This document shows positions 1 to 9,304 of a stretch of 64,000 bases of DNA, piece after piece (positions within the stretch are counted from its first letter, which is position 1; each line of letters starts with the position of its first letter). The stretch comes from Comamonas sp. lk (lineage in GTDB: Bacteria > Pseudomonadota > Gammaproteobacteria > Burkholderiales > Burkholderiaceae_C), in contig CAMAQV010000007.1 in NCBI GenBank assembly GCA_945860595.1, forward strand, positions 15,595 to 79,594, written 5' to 3'. Below the pieces are notes generated by a model. It had not been told where the DNA came from, ran no database searches, and was given only the letters and a program-made list of their open reading frames with translations. A program made the position numbers and the translations under genes.

Positions 1-54
1 TTTGAAGTGAAGTCATAGACGGCCTGATCAAAGCGCAAATGAACCGCAAGCCAT

Positions 55-72
55 GGGGCGGGGCGGGAGGGG
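55..72 (+). other. Intergenic G-quadruplex-type motif GGGG-C-GGGG-C-GGG-A-GGGG
   Basis: Four G-runs of 3 or more with 1-nt loops read directly from the sequence, about 90 bp upstream of the first CDS. Folding and function are untested. Confidence 0.4.
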
Positions 73-159
73 ATAGCGATTTTATCGGGGATGGTGGCTC
101 AGTTCCGATTTCGCGCATGATGCGTCTTTTTTCCAAAGGCCTGTGCCCCGGTCTATTCC

Positions 160-1281
160 ATGAGCTTGCTATTCGCGCCCTTCACCCTGCCATCCCCGCG
201 CGGCGGCCTGAGCCTGCCCAACCGGATCATCGTGGCCCCCATGTGCCAGTACGCCGCATCGGAGGGCCAAGCCACAGATTGGCATCTGATGCACTGGGGC
301 AATCTGCTCAACAGCGGTGCGGGCATGTTCACTATTGAAGCCACGGCGATCCTGCCGGAAGGCCGCATCACGCCGGGCTGTTTGGGCCTGTGGGACGCGG
401 CGACCGAAGCGGCACTGGCCGACACCTTGCACCGCGCCCGCAAGCTGGCCCCGCCGATGGCGGTCTGCATCCAGCTGGCGCACGCCGGGCGCAAAGCATC
501 CAGCGATGTGCCCTGGCGCGGCGGCCAATTGCTGTCTGCGGATGCAGGTGGTTGGTTGCCGTACGGCCCCTCCGCTGTGCCACAACTCCCAGCGGAGGCC
601 GCGCCGGCAGAAATGGACGCAGCCCAGTTGGCGCGGGTGCGCGAGGCCTTTGTCACAGCCGCCCGGCGCGCCGATGCCATGGGTATCGAGGCCATTGAAA
701 TCCACAACGCCCATGGCTATTTGTTGCATGAATTTTTATCCCCCATCGCCAACCAGCGCAGCGATGCCTATGGCGGCAGCCTGGACAACCGTATGCGCTA
801 TCCCCTGGAGGTTTTCGCAGCGGTCCGCGCGGCTTTCAAGGGCGCGCTGGGTATCCGCATTTCGGGGAGCGACTGGGTGGAGGGTGCTTGGGACATTGAC
901 CAGTGCAGCGTCTTCGGTCAGCGTCTGAAGGAACTGGGTTGCGACTTCATCCACATGTCCTCGGGCGGTGTGTCACCGCAGCAAAAAATCCCCCTTGCCC
1001 CGGGCTACCAGGTTCCTCTGGCGCGGACCATGCGGCAAGCGACCGATCTGCCCACCATCGCTGTCGGCCTGATCACGGAGCCCGCGCAGGCGGAGGCGAT
1101 TGTGCAAGCCGGTGATGCGGATCTGGTCGCGCTGGCCCGGGGCTTTTTGTACAACCCGCGCTGGGCCTGGCAGGCCGCAGTCGAACTCGGCGGGCAGGTG
1201 CAGGCCAACCCGGCGTATTGGCGTTGTTTGCCCCGGCAGGGACAGCAGGCCTTCGGCACCGTCACCATCGGCGGTCGCTAG
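160..1281 (+). CDS. NADH:flavin oxidoreductase, old yellow enzyme family (YqjM/XenA-like)
   Basis: 373-aa ORF with N-terminal APMCQY, IQLAHAGRKAS, catalytic HNAHGYLLHEFLSP and NQRSDAYGGSLDNRMR motifs. Confidence 0.93.
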   Translation: MSLLFAPFTLPSPRGGLSLPNRIIVAPMCQYAASEGQATDWHLMHWGNLLNSGAGMFTIEATAILPEGRITPGCLGLWDAATEAALADTLHRARKLAPPMAVCIQLAHAGRKASSDVPWRGGQLLSADAGGWLPYGPSAVPQLPAEAAPAEMDAAQLARVREAFVTAARRADAMGIEAIEIHNAHGYLLHEFLSPIANQRSDAYGGSLDNRMRYPLEVFAAVRAAFKGALGIRISGSDWVEGAWDIDQCSVFGQRLKELGCDFIHMSSGGVSPQQKIPLAPGYQVPLARTMRQATDLPTIAVGLITEPAQAEAIVQAGDADLVALARGFLYNPRWAWQAAVELGGQVQANPAYWRCLPRQGQQAFGTVTIGGR

Positions 1282-1290
1282 AGCGTAACC

Positions 1291-2040
1291 ATGGACAGCG
1301 CACAGGCCCAGGTGCTGTTGCTGGCGGCCGGTCGCGGCGAGCGCATGCGCCCGCTGACCGACCATACGCCCAAGCCTTTGCTATCTGTGCAGGGCAAGCC
1401 CCTGCTGCAATGGCATCTTGAAGCGGTGCAGCGCGCCGGTATGCGCAAGGTGTTGATCAACACGGCTTGGCTGGAAGAACAATTTGCCCAGACCCCCGGT
1501 GCACTTTTTGATGCGCCGCCGCTGCCGCCGGTGGCGATTGGCTATTCGCGGGAAGGGCTCGACTTCGGCGCGGCCCTGGAAACCGCCGGCGGCATTGTCC
1601 GTGCGCTGCCTCTGCTGGAGCCGGTGTTTTGGGTGGCTGCTGGCGATGTGTACGCACCGGAATTTGCCTTTTCCCCGCACGATTTCGCGCGTTTTGCCGC
1701 CAGCCCGGCGCTCGCCCACATCTGGCTGGTGGCCAACCCGCCCCACAATCCGGGCGGTGATTTCGGCTTGTCGGATACAGGCTATGCGCGCAATCTGCCC
1801 CCGCACGACAGCGCCCCACGCTACACCTTCAGCACCATCGCGCTGTACAAGCAGGCCTTTTTTGCTGACTGCGGCATTCCGCCCGGGAATCCGGCGGGCA
1901 TCAAAGCCCCGCTGGCCCCGCTTTTGCGCCGGGGTATGGACAATGGCGCAGTCAACGCCACGCTGTATGCGGGCACCTGGGTCGATGTGGGTACGCCGGC
2001 CCGGCTGGCTGAACTGAATTCCGGAGATAGCCCTTTATGA
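1291..2040 (+). CDS. murU: Nucleotidyltransferase, probable N-acetylmuramate alpha-1-phosphate uridylyltransferase
   Basis: LLAAGRGERMRPLTDHTPKPLL signature, LETAGGI and WVDVGTPARL. Sits directly upstream of pepP with a 4-bp overlap. Confidence 0.82.
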   Translation: MDSAQAQVLLLAAGRGERMRPLTDHTPKPLLSVQGKPLLQWHLEAVQRAGMRKVLINTAWLEEQFAQTPGALFDAPPLPPVAIGYSREGLDFGAALETAGGIVRALPLLEPVFWVAAGDVYAPEFAFSPHDFARFAASPALAHIWLVANPPHNPGGDFGLSDTGYARNLPPHDSAPRYTFSTIALYKQAFFADCGIPPGNPAGIKAPLAPLLRRGMDNGAVNATLYAGTWVDVGTPARLAELNSGDSPL

Positions 2041-3449
2041 ACACGATGACCGACCCCCTGGTGCGCATCGCACCCGATTACGCGGCCCGCCGTGCCGCCC
2101 TGGCACGCCACATCGGCCCCAAAGGTGTGGCCATCATCCCTACCGCGCCCGAGCAGCAGCGCAACCGCGACGCCGACTTTTTATACCGTGCAGACAGCTA
2201 CTTTTTCTACCTCTGCGGCTTTGCCGAACCGCACAGCTGCTTGGTGCTGCACGGCGATGGCCGCAGCACCTTGTTGTGCCGCCCCAAAGACCTGGAGCGC
2301 GAAATCTGGGATGGGTACCGCCTGGGTCCCCAGGCCGCGCCGCAGGAACTCGGCGTTACCGACGCGCACTCCGTGACCGAATTGGATACCCGCATGCCCG
2401 CCTTGCTGGATGGGTGTGACGCGGTGTGGTTTCCGTTTGCCACCCACAAGGGGCTGGAGACGCGGGTCGCAGGCTGGATGCAACCCCTGCGTGACCGGGT
2501 GCGCTACGGCACGCTCTGCCCGACCCAGTTGCGCGACCTGTGTGAGCCGCTGGACGAAATGCGCTTGGTCAAGGATGCCAGCGAACAAGACACCATGCGC
2601 CGGGCTGCGCGCATCAGCGCGGGTGGCCACATCCGCGCCATGCAGCTGAGCGCGCGCATGCTGCGCGCCGGGCAGGATGTGCGCGAATACCACCTGGATG
2701 CCGAGTTGTTGCACGAGTTCCGCCGCCACGGCTCGCAGTGCCCGGCGTACGGCTCCATCGTCGCCGCCGGCGCCAATGCCTGTGTGCTGCATTACCGCGC
2801 GGATGCCGGCGCGGTGCGCGACGGCGAGTTGGTGCTGATCGACGCGGGTTGCGAGCTCGATGGCTATGCCTCGGACATCACCCGTACCTTTCCGGCCAAT
2901 GGCCGCTTCAGCGGGCCGCAGCGCGCGCTCTACGAGCTGGTGCTGGCATCCCAAGTGGCTGCGGTGAACGCCACCCGCGCGGGGGCGCGTTTCACCGATC
3001 CGCACGAGGCCACGGTCAAGGTGCTGGCCCAGGGCATGTTGGATGTGGGTTTGCTCGACGCCAAAGTGGTCGGCACCGTCGATGACGTGATTGAAAAGCG
3101 TGCCTACTTCCCGTTTTACATGCACCGCACCGGCCATTGGCTGGGCATGGACGTGCACGACTGCGGGGCCTATACCGAGCCCTCCGAGATCGGCCAGACC
3201 AGTGTGCGGCGCGACGCGCTGACCGGGCAGGACATCATCAGCCGCCCGGCCCGCATCCTGCGCCCCGGCATGGTCCTGACGATCGAGCCCGGCATTTACG
3301 TGCGTGCAGCGCCCGGCGTGCCGGAGCAATTCCATGGCATCGGCATCCGCATCGAGGACGACGCCATCGTCACCGAAAGCGGCTGCGAGCTGATCAGCCG
3401 TGGCGTGCCGGTGGAACCCGATGCGATTGAGGCCTTGATGCGTGCGTAG
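2037..3449 (+). CDS. pepP: Xaa-Pro aminopeptidase (M24B)
   Basis: Metal-ligand motifs LIDAGCELDGYASDITRT, HRTGHWLGMDVHD, TIEPGIY and GIRIEDD. Confidence 0.93.
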   Translation: MNTMTDPLVRIAPDYAARRAALARHIGPKGVAIIPTAPEQQRNRDADFLYRADSYFFYLCGFAEPHSCLVLHGDGRSTLLCRPKDLEREIWDGYRLGPQAAPQELGVTDAHSVTELDTRMPALLDGCDAVWFPFATHKGLETRVAGWMQPLRDRVRYGTLCPTQLRDLCEPLDEMRLVKDASEQDTMRRAARISAGGHIRAMQLSARMLRAGQDVREYHLDAELLHEFRRHGSQCPAYGSIVAAGANACVLHYRADAGAVRDGELVLIDAGCELDGYASDITRTFPANGRFSGPQRALYELVLASQVAAVNATRAGARFTDPHEATVKVLAQGMLDVGLLDAKVVGTVDDVIEKRAYFPFYMHRTGHWLGMDVHDCGAYTEPSEIGQTSVRRDALTGQDIISRPARILRPGMVLTIEPGIYVRAAPGVPEQFHGIGIRIEDDAIVTESGCELISRGVPVEPDAIEALMRA

Positions 3450-3467
3450 TTCGGTTGGTGTTGGTCC

Positions 3468-3500
3468 ATAGCGCCTATCAATCAATTAGCCAATACCAAT
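3468..3500. promoter_or_regulatory. Possible LysR/OxyR-type binding site upstream of rubrerythrin
   Basis: ATAG-N7-CAAT-N3-TTAG-N7-CAAT in an AT-rich intergenic region. It resembles OxyR ATAG-N7-CTAT half-sites, but the spacing between them is non-canonical. Confidence 0.3.
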
Positions 3501-3568
3501 TGGCTTAGATTATTAATTTCTCCTATCATTCTTCCTGTTCCGATTTATTTCATTAATCACAGGAGTCC

Positions 3569-4054
3569 ATGATGACCGCCACGACCCGCCCCGAAATCAC
3601 CACCCTTGCCAACCTGGAGGCCGCCTTTGCCGGCGAGTCCATGGCGCACATCAAATACCGCTACTTCGCCCGGATCGCCCGTGCCGCTGGAGACGAAGAC
3701 ACCGCCCGTGTATTTGAAGAAACCGCCGACCAGGAGGTCATGCACGCTTTTGGCCACCTGGATTTGCTGTACCCCAAAGCCAGCCTGACCTCTGCTGCCG
3801 CCCTGCAAATCGCCATCGACGGCGAAACCTACGAATACAGCGAGATGTACCCCGGTTTTCGCGCTACCGCCGAGCGCGAGGGCAACGCCGCCGCCGTGGC
3901 CGAGATGGACGAACAAATTACCGAGTCCAAGCTGCACGCAGCCCAGTTCACGGCAACCCTGCGCACCGCGCAAAAACGCTTTGCCGCGCTGGCCAAAGTG
4001 GAAGAGCGCCACGCCAACCACTACAAAGCGCAACTGGCCAAAGTGGCCGCTTGA
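3569..4054 (+). CDS. rbr: Rubrerythrin (ferritin-like di-iron peroxidase) without a fused rubredoxin domain
   Basis: NLEAAFAGES, TADQEVMH, GETYEYSEMYPGF and ESKLH di-iron motifs. AGGAG RBS at 3561-3565. Confidence 0.9.
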   Translation: MMTATTRPEITTLANLEAAFAGESMAHIKYRYFARIARAAGDEDTARVFEETADQEVMHAFGHLDLLYPKASLTSAAALQIAIDGETYEYSEMYPGFRATAEREGNAAAVAEMDEQITESKLHAAQFTATLRTAQKRFAALAKVEERHANHYKAQLAKVAA

Positions 4055-4080
4055 GAAGCCGAGGCACACGGTCTTTTCGA

Positions 4081-4115
4081 ACCAACCTAAGCTCAGCTAA
4101 CCTAACCCAACCTAA
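4081..4115. repeat. Imperfect pentanucleotide tandem repeat (consensus CCTAA, 7 units)
   Basis: ACCAA CCTAA GCTCA GCTAA CCTAA CCCAA CCTAA between rbr and the rubredoxin gene. Confidence 0.7.
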
Positions 4116-4129
4116 ACAAGAAATTGACT

Positions 4130-4294
4130 ATGAAAACCTATATGTGCATCGTGTGTGGCTTTGTGTACGACGAGACCCTTGGCCGCCCCGAAGACGGTAT
4201 CGCCCCCGGGACCTTGTGGACGAATGTGCCCGATGACTGGGCCTGTCCGGATTGCGGTGTGGCTAAAGCGGACTTCGAAGCGGTACAGGTATGA
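4130..4294 (+). CDS. rubA: Rubredoxin (54 aa; absent from the ORF track because it is under 60 aa)
   Basis: Hand translation gives [54 protein letters not shown] with two CxxC motifs. The stop overlaps the next ATG (ATGA). Confidence 0.95.
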   Translation: MKTYMCIVCGFVYDETLGRPEDGIAPGTLWTNVPDDWACPDCGVAKADFEAVQV

Positions 4295-5508
4295 GCGCCA
4301 ACGGCGTAGCCCCAGTCGTGATCGTCGGGGCTGGTCTGGCGGCCTGGACCACGGCGCGCGAGTTGCGCAAGCTCGACCCGTCTGTGTCCATCGCCTTGGT
4401 CACCCGCGACAACGGTGACTTTTATGCCAAACCAACCCTGTCCAACGCCTTCGGACAAAAGCGCAGCCCGGATCAACTGGTCACCACCCCCGCGGCTGCC
4501 ATGGCCGCAAATCTGCACATCACCTTGCATGCGCACACCACGGTGCAGTCCATTGACACCGCATCCCGCACCGTGCGTGTGCACCAGGGCGACAGCACCC
4601 GCACCATGGCCTACAGCCGACTGGTGCTGGCCACGGGTGCCAACCCGATTCGCGTTCCCATGGCCGGAAACGCCACCCATGCGGTTCACACCGTCAACCA
4701 CTTGGATGACTTTCGCGGTTTGCACGCTGATTTGAGTGCCTTGCCGCAGCGCGCCGATGGCAGCCCGGCTACCGTGTTGCTGATCGGCGCAGGCCTGATC
4801 GGTTGCGAGTTTGCCAACGACCTGGCGCAAGGCGGGTTTGCCGTGCAGGTGGTCGACCCGGCGGCGCGGCCTCTGCCCGCTTTGCTGCCTGCTGCCGCCA
4901 GCGAACAGCTGCGCAACGCCTTGCAGACGCTGGGAGTGGCCTGGCATCTCGGATGTACCGTGGGCACCTTGGACGCCAGTCCGGGCGGCGCGCACCGGTA
5001 CGCGGCCACCCTGTCCGACGCGACGGTGATCGCAGCCGATGCCGTATTGAGCGCAGTCGGTTTGCGCGCGGACACGGCATTGGCAGCGGCGGCGGGACTG
5101 GCGTGTGAGCGCGGCGTGCTGGTGGACGCGCATTTGCAAACCAGTGTCCCGGATGTGTACGCCCTGGGCGACTGCGCCCAGTACAGCGCCGCCGGCGGGC
5201 GCACCCTGCCCTATGTCATGCCGATCATGAACGCTGCGCGGGCTTTGGCTGCAACCCTGGCGGGTACGCCCACGGCCCTGGTATTCCCTCTGATGCCGGT
5301 AGCGGTGAAGACACCGGTGCTGCCGATCACGGTGGCCGCACCGGATCCGGCCCTGCAAGGCCAATGGACTCAAGACCCCGCCACCATCGATTTACACGAA
5401 GGCGGCGCCTGGCGCTTTGTTGACGCGGCGGGCGTGCAACGGGGCTTTGTGCTGACGGGAAAGCAAACGGCCAAGCGCATGGAATGGAGCAAAGCCACCT
5501 TGGCCTGA
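4291..5508 (+). CDS. rubB: NAD(P)H:rubredoxin oxidoreductase
   Basis: [12 protein letters not shown] motif, [25 protein letters not shown] motif and YALGDCA. Translationally coupled to rubredoxin. Confidence 0.87.
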   Translation: MSANGVAPVVIVGAGLAAWTTARELRKLDPSVSIALVTRDNGDFYAKPTLSNAFGQKRSPDQLVTTPAAAMAANLHITLHAHTTVQSIDTASRTVRVHQGDSTRTMAYSRLVLATGANPIRVPMAGNATHAVHTVNHLDDFRGLHADLSALPQRADGSPATVLLIGAGLIGCEFANDLAQGGFAVQVVDPAARPLPALLPAAASEQLRNALQTLGVAWHLGCTVGTLDASPGGAHRYAATLSDATVIAADAVLSAVGLRADTALAAAAGLACERGVLVDAHLQTSVPDVYALGDCAQYSAAGGRTLPYVMPIMNAARALAATLAGTPTALVFPLMPVAVKTPVLPITVAAPDPALQGQWTQDPATIDLHEGGAWRFVDAAGVQRGFVLTGKQTAKRMEWSKATLA

Positions 5509-5616
5509 GTGCGCCGCCCCACTGGAAGGCCACCCCTACAATCCACCGCCTCCGGCAGCGCGGTCATACTGACTGGCACCCCGCACTCGATACCCGGTTC
5601 AAAAAGAGGATTCCCG

Positions 5617-7965
5617 ATGAGCACCAAGCCCCCCGCCACTGCCCCCGGGACTTCGGCTGAGCCGAGCAAGCCCGCCTCGCAACGCCAGGCCGCACTGGAC
5701 TACCACCAATTTCCCACGCCCGGCAAGATTTCCATTGCCGCCACCAAGCAGCTGATCAACCAGCATGATCTGGCGCTGGCGTATTCGCCTGGTGTGGCCG
5801 CGCCCTGTGAGGAGATCGTCAAGGACCCGAATAACGCGTTCAAATACACCAGCCGTGGCAATTTGGTGGCGGTCATCACCAACGGCACTGCGGTGCTTGG
5901 CTTGGGCGACATCGGCCCGCTGGCAGCCAAACCGGTGATGGAAGGCAAAGGGGTTTTGTTCAAGAAGTTTGCCGGCATCGACGTCTTTGACATCGAGATC
6001 AACGAAAAGCACGATCTGGACAAGCTGGTTGACATCATTGCCTCACTGGAGCCTACCTTCGGCGGCATCAACCTGGAAGACATCAAGGCGCCGGATTGTT
6101 TTTACGTCGAGCGCAAATTGCGCGAGCGCATGAAGATTCCGGTCTTCCACGACGACCAACACGGCACGGCGATTGTGGTCGGCGCGGCCCTGCTCAATGG
6201 CTTGCGCGTGGTAGGCAAAGACCCCCGCAAAGTCAAGCTGGTGACCTCCGGTGCGGGTGCTGCGGCGCTGGCCTGCCTGGGCCTGTTGGTCAAGCTGGGC
6301 ATTCCCCGCGAAAACATTTTTGTGACCGATCTGGCCGGCGTGGTGTACGAGGGCCGCACCGAACTGATGGACGAAGACAAAATTGTCTTTGCGCAAAAGA
6401 CCAGCGCACGCACGCTGCGTGAGGTCATTGTGGGTGCCGACATCTTTTTGGGCCTGTCTGCCGGCGGCGTGCTTAAGGCCGACATGGTGGCCTCCATGGC
6501 GACCAAGCCGCTGATCTTTGCGCTGGCCAACCCCAACCCAGAAATTTCGCCCGAAGAAGTTAAGGCCGTGCGTGACGACGCCATCATGGCCACCGGCCGC
6601 ACGGATTACCACAACCAGGTCAACAACGTCCTGTGTTTCCCCTACATCTTCCGCGGCGCGCTGGACGCGGGCGCGTCCACCATCACGGTCGAGATGGAAA
6701 TCGCCGCTGTGCATGCGATTGCCGAGCTGGCGCAGGCCGAGCAGAACGAGGTCGTTGCCGCTGCCTACGCCGGTGAACAACTGGCTTTCGGTCCGGAATA
6801 CCTGATTCCCAAGCCTTTTGATCCGCGCCTCATGATGGTGATTGCTCCAGCAGTGGCCCAGGCGGCCGTGGACAGCGGCGTGGCGCTGCGACCGATTGCC
6901 GATATGGACGCGTACCGCGAGCGCCTGCAAAGCTTTGTCTACGCGTCGGGCACCACCATGAAGCCGATTTTTTCGGCGGCCAAAACTGCGTTGAAAAAGC
7001 GCGTGGCCTTTGCGGAGGGCGAAGACGAGCGGGTGCTGCGCGCGGCGCAAATTGTGGTGGACGAGGGCTTGGCGCTGCCCACCCTGATCGGGCGCCCGGC
7101 CATCATCCGCGAGCGCATCGAAAAGTTCGGTCTGCGGCTGCGCGAAGGCCAGGATTACGCAGTGGTCAATGTGGAGCAGGACCACCGCTACCGCGACTTC
7201 TGGCAGACCTATTTCCAGATGACCCAGCGCAAGGGCGTCACCGTGCAAGTGGCCAAGATTGAGATGCGCCGCCGGCTCACGTTAATCGGCTCGATGTTGC
7301 TGCACAAGGGTGACGTGGACGGCCTGATCTGCGGCACCTGGGGCACCACGGCTTTGCACCTGCACTACGTGGACCAGGTCATCGGCAAGCGAACGCGCGC
7401 CGGGTCTGGGGACAAGGTCAACGCCTATGCCTGCATGAACGGATTGCTGCTGCCGGGGCGCCAGGTTTTTCTGGTTGACACCCATGTCAACTACGACCCC
7501 AGCGCCGCGCAGATTGCCGAGATCACCATCATGGCGGCCGAGGAAATGCTGCGTTTCGGATTCAAGCCCAAAGCGGCGCTGCTGAGCCACTCCAACTTTG
7601 GCAGCAGCAATGAGCCCAGCGCGCTGAAAATGCGCGAGGCCTTGGGACTGATCCAGGCCCAAGCGCCTTGGCTTGATGTGGACGGGGAGATGCATGGCGA
7701 CATCGCTCTGGACAGTGCGGCGCGGAGTGTGCAAATGCCGCAAAGCACCTTGCACGGCGACGCCAATCTGCTGGTTTGTCCGAATATCGATGCCGCCAAT
7801 ATCTCCTACAACCTGCTCAAGACGGCGGCGGGCGGCAACATCGCAATCGGGCCAGTTCTGCTGGGCGCTGCCAAGCCGGTTCATATCCTGACGGCGAGTA
7901 CCACGGTGCGGCGTATCGTCAACATGACCGCCCTCACCGTTGCCGAAGCCAACGCCTCCCGCTAA
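5617..7965 (+). CDS. maeB: NADP-dependent malic enzyme with C-terminal PTA-like domain
   Basis: [29 protein letters not shown] and FHDDQHGT, then a PTA domain ([15 protein letters not shown]). Start placed at ATG 5617 after a GAGGA RBS rather than at 5509. Confidence 0.95.
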   Translation: MSTKPPATAPGTSAEPSKPASQRQAALDYHQFPTPGKISIAATKQLINQHDLALAYSPGVAAPCEEIVKDPNNAFKYTSRGNLVAVITNGTAVLGLGDIGPLAAKPVMEGKGVLFKKFAGIDVFDIEINEKHDLDKLVDIIASLEPTFGGINLEDIKAPDCFYVERKLRERMKIPVFHDDQHGTAIVVGAALLNGLRVVGKDPRKVKLVTSGAGAAALACLGLLVKLGIPRENIFVTDLAGVVYEGRTELMDEDKIVFAQKTSARTLREVIVGADIFLGLSAGGVLKADMVASMATKPLIFALANPNPEISPEEVKAVRDDAIMATGRTDYHNQVNNVLCFPYIFRGALDAGASTITVEMEIAAVHAIAELAQAEQNEVVAAAYAGEQLAFGPEYLIPKPFDPRLMMVIAPAVAQAAVDSGVALRPIADMDAYRERLQSFVYASGTTMKPIFSAAKTALKKRVAFAEGEDERVLRAAQIVVDEGLALPTLIGRPAIIRERIEKFGLRLREGQDYAVVNVEQDHRYRDFWQTYFQMTQRKGVTVQVAKIEMRRRLTLIGSMLLHKGDVDGLICGTWGTTALHLHYVDQVIGKRTRAGSGDKVNAYACMNGLLLPGRQVFLVDTHVNYDPSAAQIAEITIMAAEEMLRFGFKPKAALLSHSNFGSSNEPSALKMREALGLIQAQAPWLDVDGEMHGDIALDSAARSVQMPQSTLHGDANLLVCPNIDAANISYNLLKTAAGGNIAIGPVLLGAAKPVHILTASTTVRRIVNMTALTVAEANASR

Positions 7966-8128
7966 TTCAAAACCTTTCGTTCAACGCATGGGCGTGTCGC
8001 GCCGCCTGAATGCGTGCAGGCACGCCGCATCGGGCCTGTTCGGCTTCGGGCTATGGCGCGTCTGACTCGCTGGGATGCCCGTCCTTAGAATGGGTCAACC
8101 CGTGCCTACTGCCGCGGGTCTGCAATCT

Positions 8129-9301
8129 ATGTCTTGCAACGACATCTTCGGGAGGAATGTGCGCGCGCTGTTTGCAACATACCAACGGTCTTTGGTTCGT
8201 GCCGTGCACGTCGGTTGGCTTGCGTGCGCCTTGCTCTTTCCGATGCGCGCATGGTGCCTGTCGGTCACCTTTATCAACCCGGGTAAGGCGAATGAGGTGT
8301 ACTGGGTCTCGGTAAGCCAGGTGATGCAAGCGGCAGCCTTCAAGTTGGGTATTGCGCTGGAGGTGACCTACCTCGAGCGCGACCACGCCAAAGCGGTTGA
8401 AGTAGCACGCGATATTGCCAACCGGCCCCCTGCCCGCCGCCCCGATTACGTCTTGTTGGATAACGAGGGCGGGTACGGGCCGGCCTGCTTACGCATTCTG
8501 GACGGGGCCGGCATTCCGGTGTTGATGGTCTTCAACGGAGTTTCGGACCTGTCCCAGCGCAAGCTCAGCGGCGCGCCGCGGGAACGCTACAAGCTGTGGC
8601 TCGGAACCCTGGAGCCGCGCGCCGATGACGCGGGGTACGTGACAGCCAAGGCCTTGATTGGCAAGGCGCGTGCCGCCGCCTGGGGACGCGGCACTGTGCA
8701 CATGCTGGCGCTCAGCGGGGATCGGTTGAGCTCTTCCTCGTATTTGCTCGCACAGGGTATGCGGCGCGCTGTAGTGGAGGCCGGCGACGTGGTGGTGGAT
8801 CAGGAGGTTTTCAGCGGTTTTAGCCGCGAAAAAGCAGCCGAGCAAATGCAGTGGCTGTTAAAGCGCCACCCGCAGGCCCGGTTGGTCTGGGCGGCCAATG
8901 ACCAGACGGCTTTGGGGGCGATGGATGCCGCGCGTAGCCATGACCTCAGGCCTGGGCAGGACTTGCTTTTCAGTGGTGTGAATACCTCGTCCGAAGCGCT
9001 GGACGCATTGCGCAGCGGCGAGCTCAGTGCAATGGCTGGCGGCCACTTCATGCTGGGCGCCTGGGCTTTGGTGGTCGTTTATGACCACTACAACGGGCGC
9101 GACTTTGCCGCAGCAGAAGGGCTGGAGATGACGCATCCGATGTTCAGTTTGCTCAGCCCGGAGCTGGCAGCGCGCTTTGGCCAGCGTTTCGGCGAGGGTC
9201 GCTTTGATGCCATCGACTTCAAGCGATTCAGCAAGTTCCAGAACCCCCAGGTCAAGCGCTACAACTTCGAATTTCAGCACTTGCTGAACAGAGGGGGCTG
9301 A
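8129..9301 (+). CDS. Periplasmic binding protein, class I sugar-binding/LacI-like fold (start uncertain)
   Basis: Signal-like segment before SVTFINPG..EVYW, and WAANDQTALGAMDA and LSAMAGGHF motifs typical of Peripla_BP-type proteins. No ABC permease nearby. Confidence 0.72.
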   Translation: MSCNDIFGRNVRALFATYQRSLVRAVHVGWLACALLFPMRAWCLSVTFINPGKANEVYWVSVSQVMQAAAFKLGIALEVTYLERDHAKAVEVARDIANRPPARRPDYVLLDNEGGYGPACLRILDGAGIPVLMVFNGVSDLSQRKLSGAPRERYKLWLGTLEPRADDAGYVTAKALIGKARAAAWGRGTVHMLALSGDRLSSSSYLLAQGMRRAVVEAGDVVVDQEVFSGFSREKAAEQMQWLLKRHPQARLVWAANDQTALGAMDAARSHDLRPGQDLLFSGVNTSSEALDALRSGELSAMAGGHFMLGAWALVVVYDHYNGRDFAAAEGLEMTHPMFSLLSPELAARFGQRFGEGRFDAIDFKRFSKFQNPQVKRYNFEFQHLLNRGG

Positions 9302-9304
9302 GCC

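Noticed and set aside
1-16. Possible start of a minus-strand gene (ATG ACT TCA CTT CAA) leaving the window
   Set aside because: Only five codons are visible, which is not enough to support a call.
4081-4115. CRISPR-like or telomere-like repeat
   Set aside because: The units are 5 bp and unspaced, with no spacers or cas genes; it is a simple tandem repeat.
4052-4130. Possible rubrerythrin-rubredoxin fusion by stop-codon readthrough (the genes are in the same frame)
   Set aside because: The frame holds three stops (TGA 4052, TAA 4088, TAA 4103), so readthrough is implausible.
5509-5616. Upstream in-frame extensions given by the ORF track (maeB, and likewise at 23591, 24462, 29960-30738, 43671, 49822, 52040)
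   Set aside because: The extensions overlap upstream genes or intergenic DNA and lack homology-like sequence. Downstream ATGs have an RBS or stop-start coupling.
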